Origin: Pyrinomonadaceae bacterium
Lineage (GTDB): Bacteria; Acidobacteriota; Blastocatellia; Pyrinomonadales; Pyrinomonadaceae
Direction: 5' to 3'
DNA length: 64,000 bases
NCBI GenBank assembly: GCA_043768465.1
Contig: JAYVKL010000045.1
Location: forward strand, 342-64,341
Position numbers and translations under genes: made by a program. Within the stretch, counting starts at the first letter, position 1. Every line of letters starts with the position of its first letter. This document shows positions 17,850-26,540 of the stretch, in pieces. The notes under the pieces are model-generated. The model ran no database searches, had not been told where the DNA came from, and worked only from the letters and a program-made list of their open reading frames with translations.

Positions 17850-18794
17850 ATGAAGCCTGAAAAAATTTTCATCAACCGATTCGGACGCTTGCGAAGCGGC
17901 TGGCGATTCGTCGTTTTTACGATTTTGTTCGCTTGTTTCGGCGGCGCGTTCGCGGCGGTTGCCGAGTTTGCCTTGACGAAAGCGGCGATTGATGTCGGTT
18001 CGGGAAGCGTTCTGAATCTGCTTTTGAACAGTTTGACATCTTTCGCCGCCGCGCTGCTGGTCGGCTGGTTTTGCGGAAAGTATCTGGAAAATCTGCCGTT
18101 TCGCGCCCTCGGCGCGTGGTTTACGCGAAACTGGCTGAAAGATTTGCTTTTAGGAATTCTTTTCGGCGCGTTCGCGGTTGCGCTCGCCGTGCTGTCCGCG
18201 TTTATCGGCGGCGGCTTGAGTTTTCGATTGAATGAAACCAACGGGCAATCGGCGATTTTGCTGACGCTCGGCGTTTCGCTGGTTGTTTTTAGCGCGGGCG
18301 CGGCTTTTGAAGAAATCCTTTTTCGCGGCTATCTGTTTCAAACGCTCGCCCGCGCCGATCTCGCGTGGCTAGCGATTGCCTCGACCGCGCTGTTTTTCGC
18401 CGCCGCGCATCTCGGCAATCCGAACGCCACTTATATTTCAACTTTCAACACGGCGTTGGCGGGCGTTTGGTTCGGGCTGGCGTATCTGAAAACGCGGACG
18501 CTGTGGTTCGTTTTCGGTTTGCATCTGGCGTGGAATTGGTTTCAAGGCGCGATTTTCGGCATCGAAGTCAGCGGCATCACATCGCTGACGACCGCGCCGC
18601 TATTGCAGGAAATTGACGGCGGTCCGGCGTGGCTAACCGGCGCAAACTACGGCATCGAAGGCGGAATCGTCTGCACCGTTGCGCTGATTACCTCGATTTT
18701 GTTAATTTGGTTTTTGCCGATTCTCAAACCGACGGCGGAAATGCTGATTTTGACGAGTGAAGAAAAGCCGGCAAAAAAATCGCTTGACGGTTAA
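17850..18794 (+). CDS. CPBP-family intramembrane glutamic endopeptidase (CAAX protease-like)
   Basis: Motif 1 is EEILFRGYLF. Motif 2 is FFAAAHLGN. Motif 3 is HLAWNW. Multiple TM helices. Confidence 0.85.
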   Translation: MKPEKIFINRFGRLRSGWRFVVFTILFACFGGAFAAVAEFALTKAAIDVGSGSVLNLLLNSLTSFAAALLVGWFCGKYLENLPFRALGAWFTRNWLKDLLLGILFGAFAVALAVLSAFIGGGLSFRLNETNGQSAILLTLGVSLVVFSAGAAFEEILFRGYLFQTLARADLAWLAIASTALFFAAAHLGNPNATYISTFNTALAGVWFGLAYLKTRTLWFVFGLHLAWNWFQGAIFGIEVSGITSLTTAPLLQEIDGGPAWLTGANYGIEGGIVCTVALITSILLIWFLPILKPTAEMLILTSEEKPAKKSLDG

Positions 18795-18855
18795 TCGTCA
18801 AACGATTTTTAGCCTCCAAATTTCTTATTTGAATTCGTCAATCATTCGGTGAGAG

Positions 18856-18949
18856 GTTAATTTTACATTCTAAATTCGTCATTCTAAATTTTTATCCGAT
18901 AAAAATAATCTATCGGAACAAAATGAGAAATGATGAATGTAAAATTAAC
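18856..18949. repeat. Rep-B element, diverged copy (core hairpin only)
   Basis: gttaattttacattctaaattcgtcattctaaatttttatccgataaaaa...aatgagaaatgatgaatgtaaaattaac. The core is shared with 43163-43313, 54344-54467 and 59306-60683. Confidence 0.6.
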
Positions 18950-18982
18950 TGTTTCTTCGATTTTTCAAACAACACATAAAAT

Positions 18983-21424
18983 TTAAAATCCGAAACTCAA
19001 ACCGATTCTGCCGTTGCGATCAAACGTGCGAAAGCCATTTTCGTAATAATTGTCGCCGAACAGATTTTCAATCGTGCCGAAGACGCGCAGATTAAAGCGT
19101 TCGCCTTTCAAAGGGAAATTATAGCCGCCCGTCAAATCGCCGCGCCGGTTGCCGCGAAAGCGATAAATATAGGTCGAAAAATTCTGCCCGCTGAAAATCG
19201 GCGCGAGATAATCGCTCGACGCGAGCAAGTCGAAATTCACCCAGGCGCGTTTGAACCGCTGCGTCGCCACCAACGTAAATTGATGTTTCGGAATTCCCAA
19301 AGTTTCGATGTTTCGATTGGAAGCAACCTGCGGAACGCGCTGGTCGCTGTTCGTAAAAGTGTAGGATGCGAAAATGTCAGTCGAGTCGGTGGCGCGAGCT
19401 TGCCCGCTGAATTCGCCGCCGCGAGCGATGCCGCCTTTCGTGTTCAAATAACCGCCGAAATCGCGCCGCGTTGTTCCGATATTCGGGACGACGTTGCCGA
19501 AACCAATCGTCTTAATCAATTTCGTATAGAAATAAACCGCCGTTAATTTGGCGCGATTGCCGAACAAATTTTGTTCGATGCCGCCGTCAAAAGCGATGGT
19601 TTTTTCCGGCTTTAGATTCGGGTCGCCGAGTGCTTCAAAACGCGGGTTAGTGTCAGGAAAGGTGAAAGTATTGTAAAAAGTTCCGAAACGTTCAAAAAGC
19701 GACGGCACGCGGTAGCCGTTGCCGACGTGAGCGCGGATTTTCGTTCCCGAACGGTTGAAAAAATACGAAGCCGCGCCGTCAAAAGTATAGGCGTTCGGCG
19801 GATTCGCCAGCGTCAGATTCGTGTAAGGCGCATTATTCAAACTGAAGCTCGGCGTTTTCAGATTGAAAAATTGAGCGCGAAAACCGCCCGCCAATTGCAG
19901 TCTGTTTCTGAATAATTTCAAGAGATTCTGCGCGTAAATCGTGTTGCTCGACTGTTTGGCGCGGGCGAAAAAATTGTTCGTGCCGCTCGGCGTGAAACCG
20001 TCGTTGCCGTATTTTTCGTTCTCGAATTCGTAGCCGACGGTCGTCTCAAGGTAGCGGCTCGGTGTCCAATTTAATTGCCCGTTCGCCGTATTTATCAAAC
20101 CTTTGAAAACGCTCGTCGAAGCACTCTGAAAACCGCTGCCGAGAATGCCGTTGTCGTTTTTGCGCCGCGTTCGCAAGCCTTGATACGAAGCGCGAAAAAA
20201 TAATTTGTCGGTGATAACCTGGGTCAGCGCGAGTTGTCCGACCAAGGTCTGCGATTTTTGAAAAGCGTCCGGGTCGTTTACGTCCGGGAGAAAGTTGGCG
20301 TTGCCGCGATTCGTAACATTTTGCCCGTTATCGAGACGTTTCAACTGTTCACGCGAAAGCGGCACGGCATCGAGAATTTCCGAGGCTGAAGGAAAAACTG
20401 CACCGAAAAAGGTATCGGGACTCGAATTCAAACGGACGTAAGCGTCGGTGACGAAAATTCTGCCGGAGATGTTGGTTTTAGAAAACGGATTGTATTCGAC
20501 GCGAGTTTGAAAATTCGTGTTGTGCGCGTCGTCCTGCCCGTCAATTCCTTTGGTGTAAACCGTCCGCGCACCGCCGACGTTAAAGCCGATTTTGCCGTCT
20601 TTTGTGCCGTCGGAAATGTTGGCGCGAAAGCGTCCCAAACCGTAACCGCCGAACGCGCCGCCGACTTGTCCGTGAAAGCCGGGCTGCGGTTTCGGAGTCT
20701 GAAAATCAATCGTGCCGCCGACGGCGTTCGTGCCGTAAAGCGACGAACCCGAACCGCGCAGAACTTCGATTCGATCAACGCTCGTCAATGTAAAATCCGA
20801 CAAAAACGGCGACGCATCGCCCGTAATCGCCGCCGCGTCCCGAAACCGAATCCCGTCAATCAAAATCGCCGTATCCTGATTTCGCAAACCGCGAGTTTTG
20901 ATATTCGCCGTCCGCCCGAAACCGCCGAGCTGCTGAACGCGAAAACCCGGAATCGAGCGCAACGATTCGACCAAAGAGAAATCGGCGCGGTCGCGTAATT
21001 CCTGCGCCCCGATGATGTTGACGGTTTTGGAAACTTCGTCGAGCATTTGCGTTGTGCCGGAGGCAATCACCGAAACTTCTTCTCGGATCGGTTGATAAGA
21101 ATTTATTTGCAGATCAACTGTTTCCAGTCCTTCGTATAGCAAATTAACCGTTATCGTCGGCGAAACTCCGTTTTTATTTTCTCGAACCCGACTTGCCGAC
21201 AGGAGATATTTTCCCGCCTGCATTCCGCTGAAATTATATTCACCGTTTGTATTGGTTGAGGTTGTGTATTTAACTTTATTATCCTTTTCAGAAATCAAAG
21301 TAACTGTTGCATTAGCGATTACGCCATTTTCACCAGTAACTTTCCCTTTCAGATAAATGCTTTCTTGTGCAAAAATTCCGATTGTCAAAAAGCAAATTAA
21401 ACTTAAAACTTTTATAGTCTTCAT
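18983..21424 (-). CDS. TonB-dependent outer-membrane receptor with carboxypeptidase-regulatory-like N-domain (probable BtuB-type cobalamin receptor)
   Basis: 813 aa. Signal peptide, CarboxypepD_reg-like segment (TVTLISEKDN...TNGEYNF), plug (VSKTVNIIGAQELRDR ... RVQQLGGFGR), beta-barrel and terminal ...GLSFGF. The cobalamin assignment comes from the riboswitch immediately upstream. Confidence 0.85.
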   Translation of the reverse strand: MKTIKVLSLICFLTIGIFAQESIYLKGKVTGENGVIANATVTLISEKDNKVKYTTSTNTNGEYNFSGMQAGKYLLSASRVRENKNGVSPTITVNLLYEGLETVDLQINSYQPIREEVSVIASGTTQMLDEVSKTVNIIGAQELRDRADFSLVESLRSIPGFRVQQLGGFGRTANIKTRGLRNQDTAILIDGIRFRDAAAITGDASPFLSDFTLTSVDRIEVLRGSGSSLYGTNAVGGTIDFQTPKPQPGFHGQVGGAFGGYGLGRFRANISDGTKDGKIGFNVGGARTVYTKGIDGQDDAHNTNFQTRVEYNPFSKTNISGRIFVTDAYVRLNSSPDTFFGAVFPSASEILDAVPLSREQLKRLDNGQNVTNRGNANFLPDVNDPDAFQKSQTLVGQLALTQVITDKLFFRASYQGLRTRRKNDNGILGSGFQSASTSVFKGLINTANGQLNWTPSRYLETTVGYEFENEKYGNDGFTPSGTNNFFARAKQSSNTIYAQNLLKLFRNRLQLAGGFRAQFFNLKTPSFSLNNAPYTNLTLANPPNAYTFDGAASYFFNRSGTKIRAHVGNGYRVPSLFERFGTFYNTFTFPDTNPRFEALGDPNLKPEKTIAFDGGIEQNLFGNRAKLTAVYFYTKLIKTIGFGNVVPNIGTTRRDFGGYLNTKGGIARGGEFSGQARATDSTDIFASYTFTNSDQRVPQVASNRNIETLGIPKHQFTLVATQRFKRAWVNFDLLASSDYLAPIFSGQNFSTYIYRFRGNRRGDLTGGYNFPLKGERFNLRVFGTIENLFGDNYYENGFRTFDRNGRIGLSFGF

Positions 21425-21444
21425 ATTTTTCCTTTTCCGCCCAG

Positions 21445-21655
21445 CGCGGAAGTGGTTTCGGTAATAAACAAGCCGCGTAAAGTTCCCGACTTTGCGATTT
21501 TAGATTTTAGATTTTGGATCGGAAGATTCGCCAACTCTAAATCTGAGCCACTGAAATCAAACAATCCAAAATCCAAAATCGGTAATCTAAAATCGCCTTC
21601 ACGGTTGCGTGGGCAGTCGCGGATTTGCGCCGCGTTCCTTTGCGCCGGTTGCTCG
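21445..21655 (-). promoter_or_regulatory. Cobalamin riboswitch (leader of the TonB receptor gene)
   Basis: Minus-strand reading gives aaaGGAAcgcGGCGcaAATCCgcgaCtGcCCaCGCAACcGTGaagg. A long hairpin follows at 21496-21594, then the B12-box-like AAAGTCGGGAAC... This parallels the riboswitch at 24600-24806. Confidence 0.7.
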
Positions 21656-21656
21656 T

Positions 21657-21738
21657 CTTTGTTCTGAGTTCAAACTTCAGTTTGCTTGCCGCCAGCGAAG
21701 CGCCGCGGCTTTTGCACGCTGAAGCGTGAACTCAAAAC
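21657..21738 (+). repeat. Rep-A element copy B
   Basis: ctttgttctgagttca-CAAACTTCAGTTTG-..CCGCCAGCGAAGCGCCGCGG..-CACGCTGAAGCGTG-aactcaaaac. Abuts the ATPase stop codon. Confidence 0.8.
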
Positions 21739-21739
21739 T

Positions 21740-22510
21740 TTAGTAAATCGTCGTCATTCGTCTTTTTCCGCTCGCCGGATTTTCGTCGAGCAAAACTCTG
21801 ACGTTGAAAACCTCCTGTAAGTTTTCGCGGGTCAAAACCGTTTCGGGCGCACCTTTTGATAAAATCGCGCCGTTTTTTAATAAAATAATTTCGTCGGCAA
21901 ATTCCGATGCCAAATTCAAATCGTGCGTGATAACGATTGCCGCGCTTTCGCAGCTTTCGCAACGCGACTTTATCAGGCGAAACAGCAACACCTGATGCGC
22001 CAAATCGAGATTTGCCGTCGGTTCGTCGAGCAGTAAAATTCGCGCTCCCGTCGTCAAAGCTCTGGCTAGAACGACGCGCTGCCGCTCGCCGCCGGAAAGC
22101 CGGTTCATCAAACGATTTTCGTAATTCGTCAAATCGCACTGCTCTAAATTACTCAAAGCAATCTGCCAATCGTCGCTCGTTTCCCAACCGAAAGCCGCGC
22201 CGTGCGCGAATCTACCTGCCAGCACGAATTCTAAAACCGACACGGGAAAACTCGTTTCCGTTTCTTGCGCGATAACGGCGATTTCGCGGGCGATTTCGCG
22301 GCGGGAAAAATCTTTGACAGGTTTGCCGTTTAATAAAATTGTGCCTTTCGCTACCGGCAAACCGCCGTTCAAAGATTTCAGAACCGTTGTTTTCCCTGCG
22401 CCGTTCGCTCCTAATAGAGCGATGATTTTCCCCGTTTCCAATTTAAACGAAACGTCCTGCACGACCGCAAACACGCCGTAGTTTATCGAGATGTTTTGAA
22501 CTTCGAGCAT
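21740..22510 (-). CDS. ABC transporter ATP-binding protein (BtuD/FecE type)
   Basis: Walker A GANGAGKTT, signature LSGGERQR, Walker B ILLLDEP. Confidence 0.9.
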   Translation of the reverse strand: MLEVQNISINYGVFAVVQDVSFKLETGKIIALLGANGAGKTTVLKSLNGGLPVAKGTILLNGKPVKDFSRREIAREIAVIAQETETSFPVSVLEFVLAGRFAHGAAFGWETSDDWQIALSNLEQCDLTNYENRLMNRLSGGERQRVVLARALTTGARILLLDEPTANLDLAHQVLLFRLIKSRCESCESAAIVITHDLNLASEFADEIILLKNGAILSKGAPETVLTRENLQEVFNVRVLLDENPASGKRRMTTIY

Positions 22511-22517
22511 TTTTCAG

Positions 22518-22586
22518 CCACGAGCAAACACGAAATTTCACGAAAAAGGATTTTAAATTTTCGTGTCTTTTCGTGTTTGTTCGTGG
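22518..22586. repeat. Rep-D hairpin (ACACGAAA-type ~10-nt units), copy 1
   Basis: ccacgagcaaacacgaaatttcacgaaaa - loop - ttttcgtgtcttttcgtgtttgttcgtgg. The right arm is near-identical to 47195-47228. It fills the permease-stop to ATPase-start spacer. Confidence 0.75.
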
Positions 22587-23561
22587 TTAATTCTTCCTCA
22601 ATAAATAAATAAACAACGGCGCACCGATTAGAGCGGTAATCGCGCCGACGGGCAATTCACGCGGCGCGATTGCCGTTCGCGCCATCGTGTCCGCCGCGAC
22701 GACGAAAACCGCGCCCGCCAATGCCGAAAACGGAATCACCAGACGATTATCGCTGCCAATCGTCAGACGAATCAGATGCGGCACAATCAGCCCGACGTAA
22801 CCGACCGAACCGCTCGCTGCAACCGAAATGCCGACGAGTGCCGAAGCCGTCGTGAAAACAATCAGGCGAACTTTACTGGTTTCCACGCCGAAATCGAAGG
22901 CATCGCGCTCGCCGATCATCATCAAATTCAACGCTTTCGCCTGCGAAGATAAAATAATCGTCCCGCCAATCGCGCAGATCAGAGTCGTGTAAAATCCGTT
23001 TTTCGTCGCTTGCGACAAATCGCCGAGCAGCCAGAACGTAAACGAGCGTAGTTTTGCCGCGTCCAAAAGCGTCGTCAGCAAAACCAGAATCGAAGACAAA
23101 AACGTCGTCACGATCACGCCCGCTAAAACGAGGCGTTCGACGCTCATTCCGGCGCGGCTTTTCGCCATTTGATAAACCGTCAAAGTCGCCAAACCTGCGC
23201 CGGCGATGGCGAAAATCGGACGCGCCCAAGCGGAATCGGCAAAGAAAACAAAAGCCAGCATCGTTCCCAAAGCCGCGCCGTTCGACACGCCCAACAGATA
23301 CGGCTCCGCCAAAGGATTCCGCAAAAGCGATTGCAGCGACGCGCCCGCCAACGCCAGACTCGCCCCGACGGCTCCGCCGAGCAAAACTCGCGGCAGACGA
23401 ATATCAAAAAGAATCGTCTGCTGATTCTCGTCCAATTCAAAGAACGCGAGCTTTTCACTGCCAAATAAAACGGCAATCGTCAAAACAATCAACAGCAAAA
23501 TCAGGAGACCAACGCCAAAACGCCAACCTCGAACCTTGAACCTTGAACCTTGAATTTTCAC
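22587..23561 (-). CDS. FecCD/BtuC-family ABC permease
   Basis: Typical BtuC pattern (LPRVLLGGAVGASLALAGASLQSLLRNPLAEPYLLGVS). Start placed at GTG 23561, which overlaps the upstream stop as GTGA. The first codons are encoded by GGTTCAA heptamers (KIQGSRFKVRGWRF). Confidence 0.85.
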   Translation of the reverse strand: MKIQGSRFKVRGWRFGVGLLILLLIVLTIAVLFGSEKLAFFELDENQQTILFDIRLPRVLLGGAVGASLALAGASLQSLLRNPLAEPYLLGVSNGAALGTMLAFVFFADSAWARPIFAIAGAGLATLTVYQMAKSRAGMSVERLVLAGVIVTTFLSSILVLLTTLLDAAKLRSFTFWLLGDLSQATKNGFYTTLICAIGGTIILSSQAKALNLMMIGERDAFDFGVETSKVRLIVFTTASALVGISVAASGSVGYVGLIVPHLIRLTIGSDNRLVIPFSALAGAVFVVAADTMARTAIAPRELPVGAITALIGAPLFIYLLRKN

Positions 23562-24484
23562 TCGTGCAAATCCTTCGCCAGCAGTTCGAGCGCGTCCACG
23601 ACGCGCGGACCCGGACGCGAAAGCCAAGCGGCGTTAAGGTGAAAAACTCGCTTGTTTTTGACCGCGCCGGAATTTACAAAAACGTCGTTCGGTTCTCTAT
23701 TATCTTCGCTGTCCGACAAAATTATCGCGTCGGGATTTAACGCCAGAGCCGTTTCCTTGCTCAGTTTTGGATACGCCGCTGCGACCTCTTTCGTCGCCGA
23801 TTCGCCGCCCGCCCGTTCGATAATTTCGGTGATAAACGAATCTTTGCCGACGGTGAACAGCGGCTCTTTCGAGATTTGCACGAAGACTTTTGTTTTCGGT
23901 TTGTCTTTGACTTTTTCGGCGACGGCTCGGACGCGCCTTTCCAAATCGGCGATTAACTTTTCGGCGTTCGTCGGCGTTCCCAAAATATCGCCGAGTTGTT
24001 TTAAGTTTCGCAAAATACCTTCAAAATCATTCGGGTTGGTGATGAAAACGGCGATATTCTGCCGTTCGAGCGTGGTCGTGAAATTTTCGATTTGCGAGGC
24101 GGTCGAAACGAAAACGATCTGCGGCTTGAGCGCGATAATCGTTTCGATATTCGGATTGATCGTGTCGCCGATTTTCGGGATTCTCTGTGCCTCCGCCGGA
24201 TAATCGCAAAAAGAAGTTACGCCGACGAGTTTGTCGCCCGCGCCGACGGCAAAAATGTTTTCCGTCAGATTCGGAGCGAGGGAGACGGCGCGGTTAATCG
24301 TCAGCGGAATTTTTATCGTTCTGCCCAAATCGTCGGTTATTTCGCGCGTCGGCAAAGCGGTTGGCACGGCTTGATCGGCACTCCGGCAATCGGTCAGCGC
24401 GAGCAGCGCGAACAGCAGAAAATACGACGCGGCGGCGCGTTTGAAAAGATGGCGATTTGAATGGGTAAGTTTCGTGGTCAACAA
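23558..24484 (-). CDS. Periplasmic substrate-binding protein, BtuF/FhuD fold (probable cobalamin-binding lipoprotein)
   Basis: Signal/lipobox-like LLALTDC. RAVSLAPNLTENIFAVGAGDKLVGVTSFCDYP is typical of PF01497-like binding proteins. TTG start. A cobalamin riboswitch lies upstream. Confidence 0.8.
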   Translation of the reverse strand: MLTTKLTHSNRHLFKRAAASYFLLFALLALTDCRSADQAVPTALPTREITDDLGRTIKIPLTINRAVSLAPNLTENIFAVGAGDKLVGVTSFCDYPAEAQRIPKIGDTINPNIETIIALKPQIVFVSTASQIENFTTTLERQNIAVFITNPNDFEGILRNLKQLGDILGTPTNAEKLIADLERRVRAVAEKVKDKPKTKVFVQISKEPLFTVGKDSFITEIIERAGGESATKEVAAAYPKLSKETALALNPDAIILSDSEDNREPNDVFVNSGAVKNKRVFHLNAAWLSRPGPRVVDALELLAKDLHE

Positions 24485-24599
24485 ATAAAAAATCCTGCCT
24501 TATAATGCTTTTCGCAATCGGGACGAAAGGCAGTGCGGACAAGATTTTTTATTCACATTCGCGGAAAAAGGAGATAAAACAAAATGACACCCGTTAAAG

Positions 24600-24806
24600 C
24601 CAAACGTCCTGACGCGGGACGATTTTCGGCTAAAAAACTTCAGACAGGTTTCCAGACTTTGCAATTAGCAGTCATCAGTTAGCAGTTATCATAAAATCAA
24701 AATGATAACTGCTAGCTGATGACTGCTAATTGCTTCACTGTGGCGCGACCGTGCGGGATTGACACCCGACTTTCCCATATCTTTGCCGCTTTTTTCAAAA
24801 AGCGGC
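24600..24806 (-). promoter_or_regulatory. Cobalamin riboswitch (leader of the btuF/C/D-like operon)
   Basis: Minus-strand reading gives GGGAAagtcGGGTGtcAATCCcgcaCgGtCgCGCCACaGTGaagc. A 73-nt hairpin follows at 24661-24733, then the B12 box AAAGTCTGGAAACCTGTC (24660-24641). Downstream is a terminator-like stem ctgcctt...aaggcag plus U-run (~24490-24535). Confidence 0.8.
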
Positions 24807-24977
24807 GCATCCGAAGCGTTTTAGGCTGAAAAGAACAAACCGAAATTTACCGACGAATCTGTAAATAAGGTGAAAGGCAACTTAGCACGATGAATCGTCA
24901 CAAGTCAAAAGCAATCGAATTTTGCGCTGATTTTGCTTGATCTTCGGCTTCGCTTGCGGCTATCCTGAAAAGGTCGA

Positions 24978-26297
24978 ATGAACCGAAACATCAAAAATTT
25001 TATGGAAGAAACCGAAAACGTGATTGCGGTAATTTTAGGCGGCGGCGCGGGTTCCAGACTTTTCCCGCTGACCAAAGAACGGGCGAAACCGGCGGTTCCG
25101 CTCGGCGGTAAATATCGTCTGATTGACGTGCCGATTTCCAACTGCATCAATTCGAGCGTAATGCAGATTTTCGTTCTCACGCAATATAATTCCGCGTCGT
25201 TAAATCGTCATATCTCCAGAACCTATCGCTTTTCGAGCTTCTCGACCGGCTTCGTCGAAGTCCTGGCGGCGGAGCAGACCAAAGACAACCCGGAATGGTT
25301 TCAAGGAACGGCGGACGCGGTGCGCCAAATGCTGCCGCATATCCGTGACTGGCGCGTGAAAACCGTTTTAATATTGTCGGGCGATCATCTTTACCGGATG
25401 GATTACCGTAAATTTCTCGAACGTCATCACGAAACCGCCGCCGATGTGACGGTTGCCGTCATTCCCGCTAATCCGTCGGACGCGGAAGGTTTCGGACTGC
25501 TCAAAACCGACGCGGACGGGCGCATCGTCGAGTTTAAGGAAAAGCCGAAAGGCGCGGCTCTCGAAGCGATGCGCGTGGACACGACGCGGTTCGGTTTAAC
25601 AAAGGAAGAAGCGGCGAGCCGTCCGTTTCTGGCTTCGATGGGAATTTACGTTTTCAATTATCAAAAATTAGTCGAACTGCTTGACGAAGACCGAACGCGC
25701 TTTGATTTCGGCGGCGAAATTATCCCGTCGGCGATTGAGAAATTGAATGTCCAGGCGCATCTTTTCGACGGTTACTGGGAAGACATCGGGACGATCCGAG
25801 CATTTTATCAGGCGAATCTTGATCTGGCATCGCCCTTGCCGAAGTTCGATTTTTTCAACAACGACGACCCGATTTACACGCGCAGCCGCTATCTGCCGCC
25901 GTCCAAAGTTCACGCCTGCGACGTGGATAATGCGATGATTAGCGAAGGCTGTATTCTGAACGGCGTTTACGCGAGAAATTCGATTATCGGTTTGCGAAGC
26001 CGCATTGACGAAGGCACCCGGCTTGAAGATTCAATCGTGATGGGCGCGGATTTTTTTGAATCGCTCGACGAATTGGAAGACAATCTCGCCAATCGCCAAC
26101 CGCACGTCGGCATCGGTAAAAATTCGATTATTCGCGGCGCGATCATTGATAAAAACGCTCGCATCGGCAACAACGTCCAACTCGTCAACAAATATGACGC
26201 GGAAATCGCCGACGACGCAAACGGCTGCTGGTTCATCCGCGACGGCATCGTCATCGTCCCGAAAGGCGCGATTATTGTTGACGGAACTGAAGTTTAA
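24978..26297 (+). CDS. glgC: Glucose-1-phosphate adenylyltransferase
   Basis: [45 protein letters not shown], plus the C-terminal left-handed beta-helix region. Confidence 0.9.
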   Translation: MNRNIKNFMEETENVIAVILGGGAGSRLFPLTKERAKPAVPLGGKYRLIDVPISNCINSSVMQIFVLTQYNSASLNRHISRTYRFSSFSTGFVEVLAAEQTKDNPEWFQGTADAVRQMLPHIRDWRVKTVLILSGDHLYRMDYRKFLERHHETAADVTVAVIPANPSDAEGFGLLKTDADGRIVEFKEKPKGAALEAMRVDTTRFGLTKEEAASRPFLASMGIYVFNYQKLVELLDEDRTRFDFGGEIIPSAIEKLNVQAHLFDGYWEDIGTIRAFYQANLDLASPLPKFDFFNNDDPIYTRSRYLPPSKVHACDVDNAMISEGCILNGVYARNSIIGLRSRIDEGTRLEDSIVMGADFFESLDELEDNLANRQPHVGIGKNSIIRGAIIDKNARIGNNVQLVNKYDAEIADDANGCWFIRDGIVIVPKGAIIVDGTEV

Positions 26298-26354
26298 TTT
26301 AGGGAATCAAACGCGGAATGACGAATGTTTTCGTCTGTCAGCCGACTCAAAATC

Positions 26355-26452
26355 GCCCTCTTCGCGTCAGAGTCCACGCTTGAGCTTGTTCTTCCGTCGC
26401 GCTTCGCTGCCGGAGCAGACAAACTGAAGTTTGGACTCTGAACGAAGAAGGC
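26355..26452 (-). repeat. Rep-A element copy C (inverted orientation)
   Basis: gccctcttcgcgtcagagtcca-CGCTTGAGC-..CGTCGCGCTTCGCTGCCGG..-CAAACTGAAGTTTG-gactctgaacgaagaaggc. Confidence 0.8.
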
Positions 26453-26540
26453 GATTTCTCCTAATGTTGAGTTGGGTTTCAAAAGCGAAAGGCTGCCGGA
26501 GTGTGAACTCTTGACAGCCTTTCGCTTTAATCTTCGACTT

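Noticed and set aside
23562-23627. Track N-terminal extension of the BtuC-like permease (MAFASGSARRGRARTAGEGFAR...)
   Set aside because: It overlaps the upstream binding-protein gene by 70 nt. A GTG at 23561 forms a GTGA start/stop overlap and gives a normal-length (~325 aa) permease.
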